Shown piece after piece: positions 50,711 through 60,200 of a DNA stretch of 64,000 nt; the stretch's first letter is position 1; every line of letters starts with the position of its first letter. The translations under genes were made by a program, and so were the position numbers. This stretch comes from Candidatus Omnitrophota bacterium (lineage in GTDB: Bacteria; Omnitrophota; Gorgyraeia; Gygaellales; Profunditerraquicolaceae), in the NCBI GenBank assembly GCA_041308845.1, contig JBFZAT010000026.1:41102-105101 (forward strand), written 5' to 3'. The notes beneath the pieces are model-generated. The model was not told where the DNA came from. It searched no databases and saw nothing but the letters and a program-made list of their open reading frames with translations.

Positions 50711-50998
50711 ATGTCCATTGATCAGGAAACCATTAAACATGTGGCGCATTTAGCGCGTATCGAATTGCGGTCTAACGAGTTAGAGGAGTTATCCGGCCAA
50801 CTGCATGAAATCTTGGATTTTATCGATAAACTTAAAGATTTAAATGTTGATCAAGTTAAACCTGCCAGCCATATTTTACCAATAAGCAATGTTTTGCGTG
50901 AAGATCAGCCGCAGGTTTCTTTAACCCCAGCCCAGGCTCTGGAAAATGCCCCGAGTAAGCAAGGGAATTTCTTTAGTGTCCCGCAAATACTGGAATAA
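50711..50998 (+). CDS. gatC: Asp/Glu-tRNA amidotransferase subunit C
   Basis: 95 aa with a GatC pattern; gatA and gatB follow. Confidence 0.85.
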   Translation: MSIDQETIKHVAHLARIELRSNELEELSGQLHEILDFIDKLKDLNVDQVKPASHILPISNVLREDQPQVSLTPAQALENAPSKQGNFFSVPQILE

Positions 50999-51000
50999 AT

Positions 51001-52431
51001 ATGGAATTAAATCAACTTACTGCCCACGCATTATTGGAAAAGATTAAAAACCAAGAAACCACTCCGAATGCGGTCTTAGAATCCTTAGGCCTGCGTATTA
51101 AAAATACCGATGGTAAAATTAAAGCTTATGTTAGGAATCCGGGATTGATTGATTCCGTTTTTGATTATCCTACAGGCTTCCTTAAAGGGTTACCGATTAC
51201 GGTTAAAGATAATATTTGTACCGCAGGATTAGTTACTGAGTGTTGTTCAAAAATTTTACAGGGTTTCTGCCCGCCTTATGATGCTACAGTAATCAAAAAA
51301 CTCAAAGCCAGTGGCGCAGTAATTTTCCCATTAAAGGCTAATATGGATGAGTTTGCTTTTGGTTCTTCTACGGAAAATTCTTATTTTGGGCCTACGCGTA
51401 ATCCTTGGAATTTGGATTGTGTGCCTGGTGGCTCCTCGGGGGGAAGCGCTGCTGCCGTAGCCGCAGATGAAGCAATCTGGGCTTTAGGTAGTGATACCGG
51501 TGGCTCTATCCGTCAGCCGGCAGCTTTTTGCGGGGTAGTCGGCTTAAAACCGACTTATGGCCGGGTCTCGCGTTTGGGATTGATCGCATTTGCTTCTAGC
51601 CTTGATCAGATTGGACCGATTACCAAAGATGTCCAAGACGCGGCAATTTTAGCCGGAGTGATCTGTGGTTATGACCCCGCTGATTCAACTTCGGTTAATC
51701 AGAGCGTTCCGGATTATACTCAAAGCTTGGGTATGGATATTCGGGGAGTAAAGATCGGTATACCCGATGAATATTTTGTCACAGGCATGGATCCAGAGGT
51801 TAAGTCTATTATCGAAGAGGCAGTTAATAAACTTAAAAGTTTAGGCGGGGTCACTGACCGTGTATCATTACCCCATACGCAATACGCCGTGCCGGTTTAT
51901 TATATTATCGCTACGGCAGAGGCCAGCTCAAATCTGGCCAGGTTTGATGGGGTACAATACGGTTACCGCGCCGCTTTCGATAATTTGATCCAGATGTATA
52001 AAATGACCCGCGCCCAGGGGTTTGGCGCGGAGGCTAAACGCCGCATTATATTAGGTACCTTTGCTTTATCCCATGGATATTACGATGCCTACTATTTGCG
52101 TGCTTTAAAGGTGAGGACTTTAATTAAAGAAGATTTCGATGCAGTTTTTCAGGATTATGATTGTATTGTTACCCCGACTTCTCCGACCAGTGCCTTTAAA
52201 ATCGGTGAGCGGATGCAGGATCCGTTGAAGATGTACCTTTCTGATATCTATACGATTTCCGTAAATTTAGCGGGGATCCCGGCGATTTCTATCCCCTGCG
52301 GTTTTACCAAAGCAGGATTACCCGTAGGATTACAGATTATGGCAAAACCATTCAATGAGCAAATGCTTTTTAGGGTGGCGCACGCTTTCGAGCAGCATAG
52401 CGATTGGCATAAACTTAAACCCCGGCTATGA
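51001..52431 (+). CDS. gatA: Asp/Glu-tRNA amidotransferase subunit A
   Basis: Amidase signature [12 protein letters not shown] and a Ser-cisSer-Lys triad region. Confidence 0.95.
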   Translation: MELNQLTAHALLEKIKNQETTPNAVLESLGLRIKNTDGKIKAYVRNPGLIDSVFDYPTGFLKGLPITVKDNICTAGLVTECCSKILQGFCPPYDATVIKKLKASGAVIFPLKANMDEFAFGSSTENSYFGPTRNPWNLDCVPGGSSGGSAAAVAADEAIWALGSDTGGSIRQPAAFCGVVGLKPTYGRVSRLGLIAFASSLDQIGPITKDVQDAAILAGVICGYDPADSTSVNQSVPDYTQSLGMDIRGVKIGIPDEYFVTGMDPEVKSIIEEAVNKLKSLGGVTDRVSLPHTQYAVPVYYIIATAEASSNLARFDGVQYGYRAAFDNLIQMYKMTRAQGFGAEAKRRIILGTFALSHGYYDAYYLRALKVRTLIKEDFDAVFQDYDCIVTPTSPTSAFKIGERMQDPLKMYLSDIYTISVNLAGIPAISIPCGFTKAGLPVGLQIMAKPFNEQMLFRVAHAFEQHSDWHKLKPRL

Positions 52432-53861
52432 AATACCAAACTGTTATCGGCCTTGAAGTTCACCTGCAATTAAATACAAAAACCAAAGCTTTTTGCGGTT
52501 GCTCAACAGATTTCGGCAAGGCGCCTAATTCTAATGTTTGCCCGGTTTGCCTGGGGTTACCCGGTGCACTTCCGGTTTATAACCGTCAGGCTCTTAATTT
52601 TGCAATTAAATTGGCTTTAGCCTTTAGTTGCCAGATCCAGGCGTATACCAAATTTGATCGTAAAAATTATTTTTATCCGGATTTACCGAAAAACTATCAG
52701 ATTTCTCAATTCGATCTACCGCTATCGCGCCAAGGTTTTTTAGATATTCCCAGCCAGAATAAAATTAAGCGCATCGGGATTACTCGTGTACATTTAGAAG
52801 AAGACGCCGGTAAATTAATCCATGCCGAAGGGGTCAGCTTAGTGGATTTTAATCGCACCGGGATTCCTCTGTTAGAGATTGTGAGCGAGCCGGATCTCAA
52901 CAGCCCGCAGGAAGCTTTTGAGTACCTGACCAGTTTAAAGAATGTTATCGAATATTTGGACGTCTCGGATTGCGATATGGAAAAGGGTTCTTTGCGCTGT
53001 GACGCTAATATTTCTTTGCGCCTCCAGGGAGCCCAAGAATTAGGGGTAAAAACTGAACTTAAGAATATGAATTCTTTTAAAGGGGTTAAAGATGCTTTGA
53101 CTTATGAGGTAGGGAGGCAAACTCAGCTTTTAGAATCAGGGCAGAAGCTGATTCAGGAAACGCGGCTTTGGGATGTGGAAAAAGGGGTGACCGTGGCTAT
53201 GCGGACCAAAGAAGGGGCAAAAGATTACCGCTATTTTCCGGATCCGGACCTGACCGTTTTTACCATTGATCAACCTATGATTGAGCGGATTAAGGCTGAG
53301 TTACCGGAACTACCCCAGGAAAAAGTGCGGCGGTTGGTTAAAATTTACGGGTTAACCGAATATGACGCTAAGATTCTTTCTGTTTCTAAAAAAGATGCGG
53401 AATTCGCCGAGAGCTGTATTCAGAATTATCCGGCCAAAGATAAAAAGGAAATCGTCAACTGGCTGATTGGACCGTTGATGTCCGAGGCTAACTTGCGTAA
53501 AGTGCAGTTACACCAGTTGAACCTTAGCCAAAAAGAATTAATCAGTTTGATTGGTTTTGTACAAAGCCAGGAGATTTCCCATCTTTCGGCTAAAGGCGTG
53601 TTAACCCAGTTAATCGATACCCAAAAATCAGCCCAGGAGTTGATCCGTCAAGGTAATCTTGAGCAGATATCTAATGTTGATATGCTCACTCAGGTGATTG
53701 AATCGGTAATTAGCGAGAATGCTAAATCCGTTAATGACTTTAAAGCGGGTAAGGATAATGCATTAATGTATTTAGTCGGCCAGGTAATGAAGAAAAGTTC
53801 AGGTAAAGCTAATCCTAAAATAGTGGGGGAATTAATCAGACGGAGGTTCTTTGATGCGTAA
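52428..53861 (+). CDS. gatB: Asp/Glu-tRNA amidotransferase subunit B
   Basis: [13 protein letters not shown]-terminus and a GatB/YqeY C-terminal domain. Confidence 0.95.
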   Translation: MKYQTVIGLEVHLQLNTKTKAFCGCSTDFGKAPNSNVCPVCLGLPGALPVYNRQALNFAIKLALAFSCQIQAYTKFDRKNYFYPDLPKNYQISQFDLPLSRQGFLDIPSQNKIKRIGITRVHLEEDAGKLIHAEGVSLVDFNRTGIPLLEIVSEPDLNSPQEAFEYLTSLKNVIEYLDVSDCDMEKGSLRCDANISLRLQGAQELGVKTELKNMNSFKGVKDALTYEVGRQTQLLESGQKLIQETRLWDVEKGVTVAMRTKEGAKDYRYFPDPDLTVFTIDQPMIERIKAELPELPQEKVRRLVKIYGLTEYDAKILSVSKKDAEFAESCIQNYPAKDKKEIVNWLIGPLMSEANLRKVQLHQLNLSQKELISLIGFVQSQEISHLSAKGVLTQLIDTQKSAQELIRQGNLEQISNVDMLTQVIESVISENAKSVNDFKAGKDNALMYLVGQVMKKSSGKANPKIVGELIRRRFFDA

Positions 53862-55128
53862 GTTTGTCGGTTTATCAATTCTATTTTTTCTGCTGATCTT
53901 TTTGGGGGCCCAGCGGGGTTTCTCTGAAAGTAAAAAGAAAAATTCTGACCAGCTCTATAAGCAGGTAGAATTATTTTCTGATTCTTTAGCGATTATTCAA
54001 AGCGAGCATGTGCAAGAGGTAAAAACTAAAGATTTAATTTACGGAGCGCTTAAGGGTATGTTAGCTTCTCTGGATGCGCATAGTCAGTTTATGGATCCGC
54101 AGACCTACGAAGAGTTAAAAGTTGATACTCAGGGTAAATTCGGGGGGTTAGGGATTGAAATTACGACCAAAGATGGTTTATTAACCGTTATTACTCCGAT
54201 TGAAGATACTCCGGCCTGGAAAGCCGGGATTAAAGCCAATGATCATATCGTTAAGATTGATGAGGTCTTGACTCGTGATATGCCGCTTAGCGAAGCAGTC
54301 AGAAAAATGCGCGGTAAGCCCGGAGAAGCGGTGAGTCTTACTATTTTAAGAGATAGCGAAAAGAAGCTGATCGATTTTAAAATCATCCGGGATATGATTA
54401 AAATTACCGATATAAAACACGTGCGTATCCTAGAATCCGGGATTGGTTATATCCGTTTGACTGAATTCCGCGAAACCACCTTTGCGGAATTAAATAATGC
54501 TTTAAGTAATCTTTCTAAACAGGGGCTCAAGGCTTTGATTATTGATTTGCGTAATAATCCTGGTGGGCTGCTGGATGTAGCGGTTAAAGTGACAGGAAAA
54601 TTTTTAGGGCCGAATAAATTAATTGCTTATACCAAAAGCCGGCACAAAGAGCAGGAGCTAGAATTTTTCTCCGAAGCTAAACATGCCAGACTAGAGTTAC
54701 CGTTGGTGATTCTGATTAATGAGGGCTCAGCTTCCGGTAGCGAGATTGTCGCCGGAGCCCTGCAGGATTACAAGCGCGCTATAATTATCGGCCAGAAATC
54801 TTTTGGTAAGGGGTCGGTACAAACAGTGATTCCTTTAGGGGATGGCTCGGCTTTACGCCTGACTACCAGCCATTATTTTACGCCTTCCGGAAAGATTATT
54901 CAAGGCCGGGGGATCACTCCGGATATTCTGGTGTCGGATAAGCTGTCTGGGCAGGGTAAAGCCGATGGGCTAGAAAGCAGAAAAGCCGAAGAAATATTTG
55001 ATGAAATCGAAAATAAAACGCCGATTAACCAACCGGATAAAAACGGTTTTAATTATAAAACTGACCTCCAGCTTATGCGTGCTGTAGATACATTAAAAGC
55101 CATTGAAATCTACAAACAAGTTAAATAA
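53851..55128 (+). CDS. ctpA: carboxy-terminal processing protease (S41)
   Basis: Signal peptide, PDZ domain, and S41 catalytic Ser/Lys region (GSASGSEIVAG...K). Confidence 0.85.
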   Translation: MMRKFVGLSILFFLLIFLGAQRGFSESKKKNSDQLYKQVELFSDSLAIIQSEHVQEVKTKDLIYGALKGMLASLDAHSQFMDPQTYEELKVDTQGKFGGLGIEITTKDGLLTVITPIEDTPAWKAGIKANDHIVKIDEVLTRDMPLSEAVRKMRGKPGEAVSLTILRDSEKKLIDFKIIRDMIKITDIKHVRILESGIGYIRLTEFRETTFAELNNALSNLSKQGLKALIIDLRNNPGGLLDVAVKVTGKFLGPNKLIAYTKSRHKEQELEFFSEAKHARLELPLVILINEGSASGSEIVAGALQDYKRAIIIGQKSFGKGSVQTVIPLGDGSALRLTTSHYFTPSGKIIQGRGITPDILVSDKLSGQGKADGLESRKAEEIFDEIENKTPINQPDKNGFNYKTDLQLMRAVDTLKAIEIYKQVK

Positions 55129-55930
55129 AAAGAAGGCTAATTTTAATTCCGCCCCGCTAAGTCCTAAAACTTTTAAGCTGTTGGGCATTGTTTTCCTTTT
55201 GTTGGTGTTCATCGCTTTAATTATTTCCCCATTGCATAAGACAAAAACTCCGGTTGTAAAAATACCTCTCTGGCGCGGACGGATAGCGATTGTGGTTGAT
55301 GATTGGGGGTATAGTTTAAATAACTTATCAGTGATTAATCAAATAAAACAACCTTTGACCTGCGCTGTACTTCCTGGCCTGAAAAATTCTACTCTGGTGA
55401 TGAATAAGCTCAACAGCCTAGGTTTCGAGATAATCTTGCATTTACCAATGGAACCCAAGGAAAAGCTTAATCTGGAGGCGGATACAGTTATGGTCGGCAT
55501 GGGGCCTGAAAAAATTCGTAATATTTTCGAGCAAGCACTGAGTAGTGTTTATTTGGCTAAAGGAATATCGAATCATATGGGTTCGAAAGTGACCGAAGAT
55601 GCTAGAACGGCTACCTTAGTGATGAGCGAAGCAAAAAAACGTAAATTATATTTTTTTGATAGTTATGTAACTGCTGGTTCGGTTTGTCCGCAACTAGCCG
55701 AGAAGATCGGGATCAGGTTTACCAAAAGAGATGTCTTTTTGGATAATCAGGATGATCCTGGGTATATCCGGGGACAGTTAGCCAAGTTGAAAGCTCTAGC
55801 TAGAAAACAAGGTACAGCTATCGGTATCGGCCATGACCGCAAAAATACTATGTTGGTATTAAAAGAAGTACTGCCGGAATTAGAAAAAGAAGGGTATAAA
55901 TTTATTTTTCTTTCGCAGGTGGGGCAATGA
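55103..55930 (+). CDS. divergent polysaccharide deacetylase family protein (YibQ-like)
   Basis: N-terminal TM, IAIVVDDWGYS and HLPMEP motifs of the PF04748 family. Confidence 0.6.
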   Translation: MKSTNKLNKKKANFNSAPLSPKTFKLLGIVFLLLVFIALIISPLHKTKTPVVKIPLWRGRIAIVVDDWGYSLNNLSVINQIKQPLTCAVLPGLKNSTLVMNKLNSLGFEIILHLPMEPKEKLNLEADTVMVGMGPEKIRNIFEQALSSVYLAKGISNHMGSKVTEDARTATLVMSEAKKRKLYFFDSYVTAGSVCPQLAEKIGIRFTKRDVFLDNQDDPGYIRGQLAKLKALARKQGTAIGIGHDRKNTMLVLKEVLPELEKEGYKFIFLSQVGQ

Positions 55931-56934
55931 TCGTTTTAGGTATTGAAAGTTCCTGCGATGAGACTGCCGTGGCGCTGGTTAAAAATGGTAAAATCATCCT
56001 GTCTAATGTGGTGGCTACCAGCTTGAAGTTACATAGCCGCCACGGCGGGGTAATCCCGGAGATTGCTTCACGTATGCAGTTAGAAAGTATAGCTCAGGTA
56101 TTTAAACAAGCGCTGAGGCAGGCAAAGATAAAATCCGGGCAGATTGATTTAGTGGCGGTGACTACTCATCCGGGGCTGCCCGGTTCGCTTATGGTGGGCG
56201 TGGCTTTCGCCAAGGCATTAGCTTTAAGTTTATCCAGGCCGTTACTGGGGGTTAATCATATTTACAGCCATGTTTACGCCAATGTCCTTAGTCATCGGGC
56301 ACTTAAGTTACCGGCGGTAGCCTTGGTGGTTTCTGGCGGTCATACCTCTTTATTTTATATCCCTCATTTTTCTAGAATCCAGACCTTAGGGGAAACCCGG
56401 GATGATGCTTGTGGAGAGGCTTTTGATAAAGTAGCTAAGATTATGGGTTTAGGATATCCCGGAGGTCCATTAATTGAACGATTGGCTAGGAACGCAAATA
56501 ACCATAAGATTCGCTTTTGCTGTTCAGGTACTCAGAATAGGCTGGATTTTAGTTTTAGCGGTATAAAAACCGCAGTTTTATACTATTTAAAGAAGAATAA
56601 GCTGGATGCCAAACTAAAAGCTGACTTGGCTGCTTCATTTCAGGAAAGCGTTCTGGAAGTTTTAGTGAAAAAATCTTTTTTAGCCTGTAAACAAAAAAAA
56701 GTACATCGGTTAATCGTCGGTGGTGGAGTAGCGGCGAATCAGGCTTTACGGCAGAAATTTATGCGGAATGCAAAGATCGCAGGGGTGGAATGTTTTTTTC
56801 CGGAGGTTCCTTTATGTATGGATAACGCTGCGATGGTTGCTGGTTTCGGAGGCTGTCTTTATAAGGCTAAGGCGGGGACAACTCTTAATTTCAACATTCA
56901 GTTAAAAGAGGAGGGCAAATGCCTACAGATCTAG
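55927..56934 (+). CDS. tsaD: tRNA N6-adenosine threonylcarbamoyltransferase
   Basis: MIVLGIESSCDET N-terminus, His metal site HRHGGV, and the Kae1/TsaD fold. Confidence 0.9.
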   Translation: MIVLGIESSCDETAVALVKNGKIILSNVVATSLKLHSRHGGVIPEIASRMQLESIAQVFKQALRQAKIKSGQIDLVAVTTHPGLPGSLMVGVAFAKALALSLSRPLLGVNHIYSHVYANVLSHRALKLPAVALVVSGGHTSLFYIPHFSRIQTLGETRDDACGEAFDKVAKIMGLGYPGGPLIERLARNANNHKIRFCCSGTQNRLDFSFSGIKTAVLYYLKKNKLDAKLKADLAASFQESVLEVLVKKSFLACKQKKVHRLIVGGGVAANQALRQKFMRNAKIAGVECFFPEVPLCMDNAAMVAGFGGCLYKAKAGTTLNFNIQLKEEGKCLQI

Positions 56935-57365
56935 AGATGATTATGCGCCTGTTGCTAACTTTAGTACTAAGCGGTTTAATTGGCTTAGAAAGGCAGGTCC
57001 ACCGCAGGGATGCTGGTTTGCGTACGCATATACTAGTGGCGCTGGGTAGTTGTCTTATCATGTTGACATCTTTGTATGTTTTTGATATATATAAAGATCA
57101 GGTATCTCTGGATCCGGTACGTATTGCTGCCGGTGTAGTTACCGGAATTGGTTTTTTAGGAGCCGGCACAATCATTCGCGAATCTGATGGAGTCAGAGGT
57201 TTAACTACAGCGGCCAGCCTTTGGGTGGCAGCCGGAATTGGCTTAGCGGTAGGGACGGGTTTTTGTAAAATTGCTATCTATACTACGGTTTTAGTTTTAA
57301 TTGTACTGCATTTTTTACGCTATTTAGAAGTACCACTTTCCAAGGAGGGTAAACATGGCCTTTAA
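56919..57365 (+). CDS. MgtC/SapB-family membrane protein
   Basis: 148 aa with four TM helices and LIGLERQVHRRDAGLRTHILVALGS matching the MgtC N-domain. Confidence 0.7.
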   Translation: MPTDLEMIMRLLLTLVLSGLIGLERQVHRRDAGLRTHILVALGSCLIMLTSLYVFDIYKDQVSLDPVRIAAGVVTGIGFLGAGTIIRESDGVRGLTTAASLWVAAGIGLAVGTGFCKIAIYTTVLVLIVLHFLRYLEVPLSKEGKHGL

Positions 57366-57858
57366 AAAGAATCTGGAAGAAAAAACTCTGGATGTTGATG
57401 CGGCAATGCAGGGGACGTTAACTTTTAAGGACCCGGTTAATCTGCGTATTAACGGTAAATTTGAAGGTAATCTGGATACGCGGGGCAATTTAACCATTGG
57501 TACTACAGCCGTTATTAATGCCGATATACTGGGAGATAATATTATTATCGGCGGGCGGGTTAAGGGTAAAATTACGGCTAAAGAAAGATTGACCTTGCTG
57601 CCCCAGGCAATTGTAGAAGGGAATATTTACCCGGCTAAACTTAACATTACTGAAGGCGCAGTTTTTGAGGGTCATTGTACGATGCTGCATGATTTCCTTA
57701 ATTCCGAACAGTTATCCAAGTATCTGGAAGTAGAGTTGAGTTCGATTATGGAATGGGCTAGTTCCGGCAAAGTACCAGCGACTAAAGAAAATAACGATTG
57801 GAAATTTGAGCGTAAAGCGATTGATTCCTGGGTAGCTTCAGGGAAAATCGCCAAATAA
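57355..57858 (+). CDS. bactofilin with a C-terminal excisionase/MerR-type HTH (HTH_17-like) extension
   Basis: Beta-helical bactofilin core (GNLDTRGNLTIGTTAVINADILGDNIIIGG...EGAVFEG), then KYLEVELSSIMEWASSGKVPATKENNDWKFERKAIDSWV. Confidence 0.65.
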   Translation: MAFKKNLEEKTLDVDAAMQGTLTFKDPVNLRINGKFEGNLDTRGNLTIGTTAVINADILGDNIIIGGRVKGKITAKERLTLLPQAIVEGNIYPAKLNITEGAVFEGHCTMLHDFLNSEQLSKYLEVELSSIMEWASSGKVPATKENNDWKFERKAIDSWVASGKIAK

Positions 57859-57862
57859 AAAT

Positions 57863-58174
57863 ATGACCGAAGAAAAAATGCTCACCGTCAGGGATGTTGC
57901 GGTTATGCTCGGAGTTACGGAGAAAGATGTCTTAGACCTTACCGAGCAGGGTAGGATTCCGGGGTATAAGGTGGGAGGAGTATACCTAAGGTTTAAGAAA
58001 GATCAAGTAGAGCAGTATAAAAAACAGCAGAGCCTGTTAGATCCTAAACCGGTTAAACCCGGGGCTGACGGTTTGGGCAATAAAGTTTTCGATTTTTTTT
58101 ATTTTAACGATTTTTATATTTTCGCTTTAATTTTAATTTGCCTTTTAGGGTATCTGGTTTACCGGGGTTTATAG
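57863..58174 (+). CDS. small HTH_17-like protein with a C-terminal transmembrane anchor
   Basis: LTVRDVAVMLGVTEKDVLDLTEQGRIPGYKVGGVYLRFKKDQV HTH, then the hydrophobic helix FYIFALILICLLGYLVY. It lies 4 nt after the bactofilin gene. Confidence 0.5.
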   Translation: MTEEKMLTVRDVAVMLGVTEKDVLDLTEQGRIPGYKVGGVYLRFKKDQVEQYKKQQSLLDPKPVKPGADGLGNKVFDFFYFNDFYIFALILICLLGYLVYRGL

Positions 58175-58178
58175 AGCG

Positions 58179-58850
58179 ATGGCCGCAGGCAAGGGATTTT
58201 GCGATTTGGGATTTGCTAAGATTGATACCGACCGCCAGAAACGCAAAGGATTTGCAGAGGTTATCTATTGCCCGGGCAAAGACCGCCAGCATTTAAAGGA
58301 TATTGCTAAAAAAATTATTACAGCTAGGCAGGACCTGTTATTAACTAGGCTGGATAAAACTACCTTTTCCTTTTTAAAAAAAGCCATCCCGGTTCTCAAG
58401 TATAATTCTTTGGCTAAAATCGGCTATTATTCTGTTAAGGCTAAATCTACCAGAGGCGGTTTAGTGCTGGTGGTTTCTGCCGGTACTGCAGATATTCCGG
58501 TAGCCGAAGAGGCGGTGCAGACTTTATCGTTGATGGGTAACCGAGTAGAGAAGTTATATGATGTCGGTGTCGCCGGAGTGCACCGGCTGATGAATAATCT
58601 GGATAAACTTAGGTCTGCGCAGGTGATTGTTGTCGTAGCTGGCATGGAAGGGGCTTTAGCTAGCTTAATCAGCGGGTTGGTTAAAGCGCCGATTGTGGCA
58701 GTGCCCACCAGTTGTGGATACGGATCAAGTTTTTCCGGATTGGCTGCGCTTTTAACGATGCTAAATGGTTGTTCGCCTGGGGTGGGCGTAGTTAATATTG
58801 ATAACGGTTTCGGAGCAGGCTATTTGGCTAGTTTAATCAACCAAAAATAA
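58179..58850 (+). CDS. larB: nickel-pincer cofactor biosynthesis protein LarB (PurE-like P2CMN synthase)
   Basis: AEVIYCPGK, VVVAGMEGALASL..G....PIVAVPTSCGYG and VVNIDNGFGAG motifs of LarB / PurE class. Confidence 0.75.
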   Translation: MAAGKGFCDLGFAKIDTDRQKRKGFAEVIYCPGKDRQHLKDIAKKIITARQDLLLTRLDKTTFSFLKKAIPVLKYNSLAKIGYYSVKAKSTRGGLVLVVSAGTADIPVAEEAVQTLSLMGNRVEKLYDVGVAGVHRLMNNLDKLRSAQVIVVVAGMEGALASLISGLVKAPIVAVPTSCGYGSSFSGLAALLTMLNGCSPGVGVVNIDNGFGAGYLASLINQK

Positions 58851-58852
58851 TC

Positions 58853-60184
58853 ATGGGGCTTTCAGGTTTAGATATCTATAAATTATTACCTAAGACTAAT
58901 TGCCGTGAATGCGGATTAGCTACTTGTTTAGCTTTTGCTATGCAACTGGCCAAGAAAACATTACCTATTGAAAAATGTCCTTTTATTTCTGCTGAGGCAA
59001 AATCTGCCTTGGAGGCCCAGGCTTTAGCACCGATTAAGTTGATTACGTTAGGTAATACCGATACGAAATTCCAGGTGGGTAACGAAACAGTGATGTTTAG
59101 GCATGAAGAAAAATTTCGTAATCCCACAGGCGTAGGTTTTATAATCGAGGATACGCTTAGCGATAGCCAGATTAAAGAGCAGCTGGGAAAAATCAATCAG
59201 TTAAAATTCGAACGCGTCGGCCAGGAGCTCAGCGTTAATCTGGTTAGTCTAAGGCAGAATAAAGATGCTGTTCGGTTTCTGCAGGCGGCGAAGATACTTT
59301 TAGATAATACTTTGCTGCCGATAATGTTGATGAGCAGTGATTTATTAGCTTTACAGCAGGCGGCCGCCCTCTGCCGGGGAGTTAAACCATTACTTTACTG
59401 TGCTGACCAGGCAAACTTTGTTCAACTGGCTGCGCTGGCTCAAGAATTTCAGCTTCCGCTGGTTGTAGCCGCTCAGGATATAGATCAGCTCAGCCGGCTA
59501 ACTCAAGAGATCAACCGTTTAGGCCTCAGCGAGTTGATACTAGATACCGGCATCAAGCCTCTGGCAGATAAGCTCTGGGATTTAACCCAAATCCGCCGGC
59601 AGGCCTTAAAAAGATCCAATCGCGCGCTGGGTTATCCTGTACTGGCCATTGCTGAACAGGCCGATCCTTATCAAGAAGCTATAGAGGCTAGCGCTTATAT
59701 TGCTAAGTATGCGGGTATTGTTTTAATTAAAGGTTTTTCTACTTGGGAAGTTCTTTCTATATTAACCTTAAGACAGAATATCTATACCGATCCGCAGAAA
59801 CCTCTGCAAATTGACCCTCAACTTTACGCTATCGGCAAGGTAGGCCCGGATTCGCCGGTTTTGGTCACTACTAACTTTTCTCTGAGTTATTATACTGTTT
59901 TAGGGGAAGTAGAAGCCAGTAAAATACCGGTTTACATCTTAAGCGTTGATACTCAAGGGATGTCTGTGCTGACTGCCTGGGCCGCTGAGAAATTCAACCC
60001 CGAAGCAATTACTAAATCACTGGATACTTTTAAAGTCAGGGAAGTGGTTAAGCATAAGAATTTGATTATTCCCGGTTATGTGGCGATGATCAGCGGTGAA
60101 TTGGAAGAGCAGTCAGGATTCAGAATTATTGTGGGCCCTAAAGAAGCTGCCGGAATTCCCGCTTTTTTAAAAAATCTTAATTAA
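58853..60184 (+). CDS. acsC: corrinoid iron-sulfur protein large subunit (acetyl-CoA decarbonylase/synthase gamma)
   Basis: N-terminal [4Fe-4S] motif NCRECGLATCLAFAM...CPF almost identical in pattern to Moorella AcsC; 443 aa. Confidence 0.85.
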   Translation: MGLSGLDIYKLLPKTNCRECGLATCLAFAMQLAKKTLPIEKCPFISAEAKSALEAQALAPIKLITLGNTDTKFQVGNETVMFRHEEKFRNPTGVGFIIEDTLSDSQIKEQLGKINQLKFERVGQELSVNLVSLRQNKDAVRFLQAAKILLDNTLLPIMLMSSDLLALQQAAALCRGVKPLLYCADQANFVQLAALAQEFQLPLVVAAQDIDQLSRLTQEINRLGLSELILDTGIKPLADKLWDLTQIRRQALKRSNRALGYPVLAIAEQADPYQEAIEASAYIAKYAGIVLIKGFSTWEVLSILTLRQNIYTDPQKPLQIDPQLYAIGKVGPDSPVLVTTNFSLSYYTVLGEVEASKIPVYILSVDTQGMSVLTAWAAEKFNPEAITKSLDTFKVREVVKHKNLIIPGYVAMISGELEEQSGFRIIVGPKEAAGIPAFLKNLN

Positions 60185-60200
60185 GATAAAAAATTAATAT

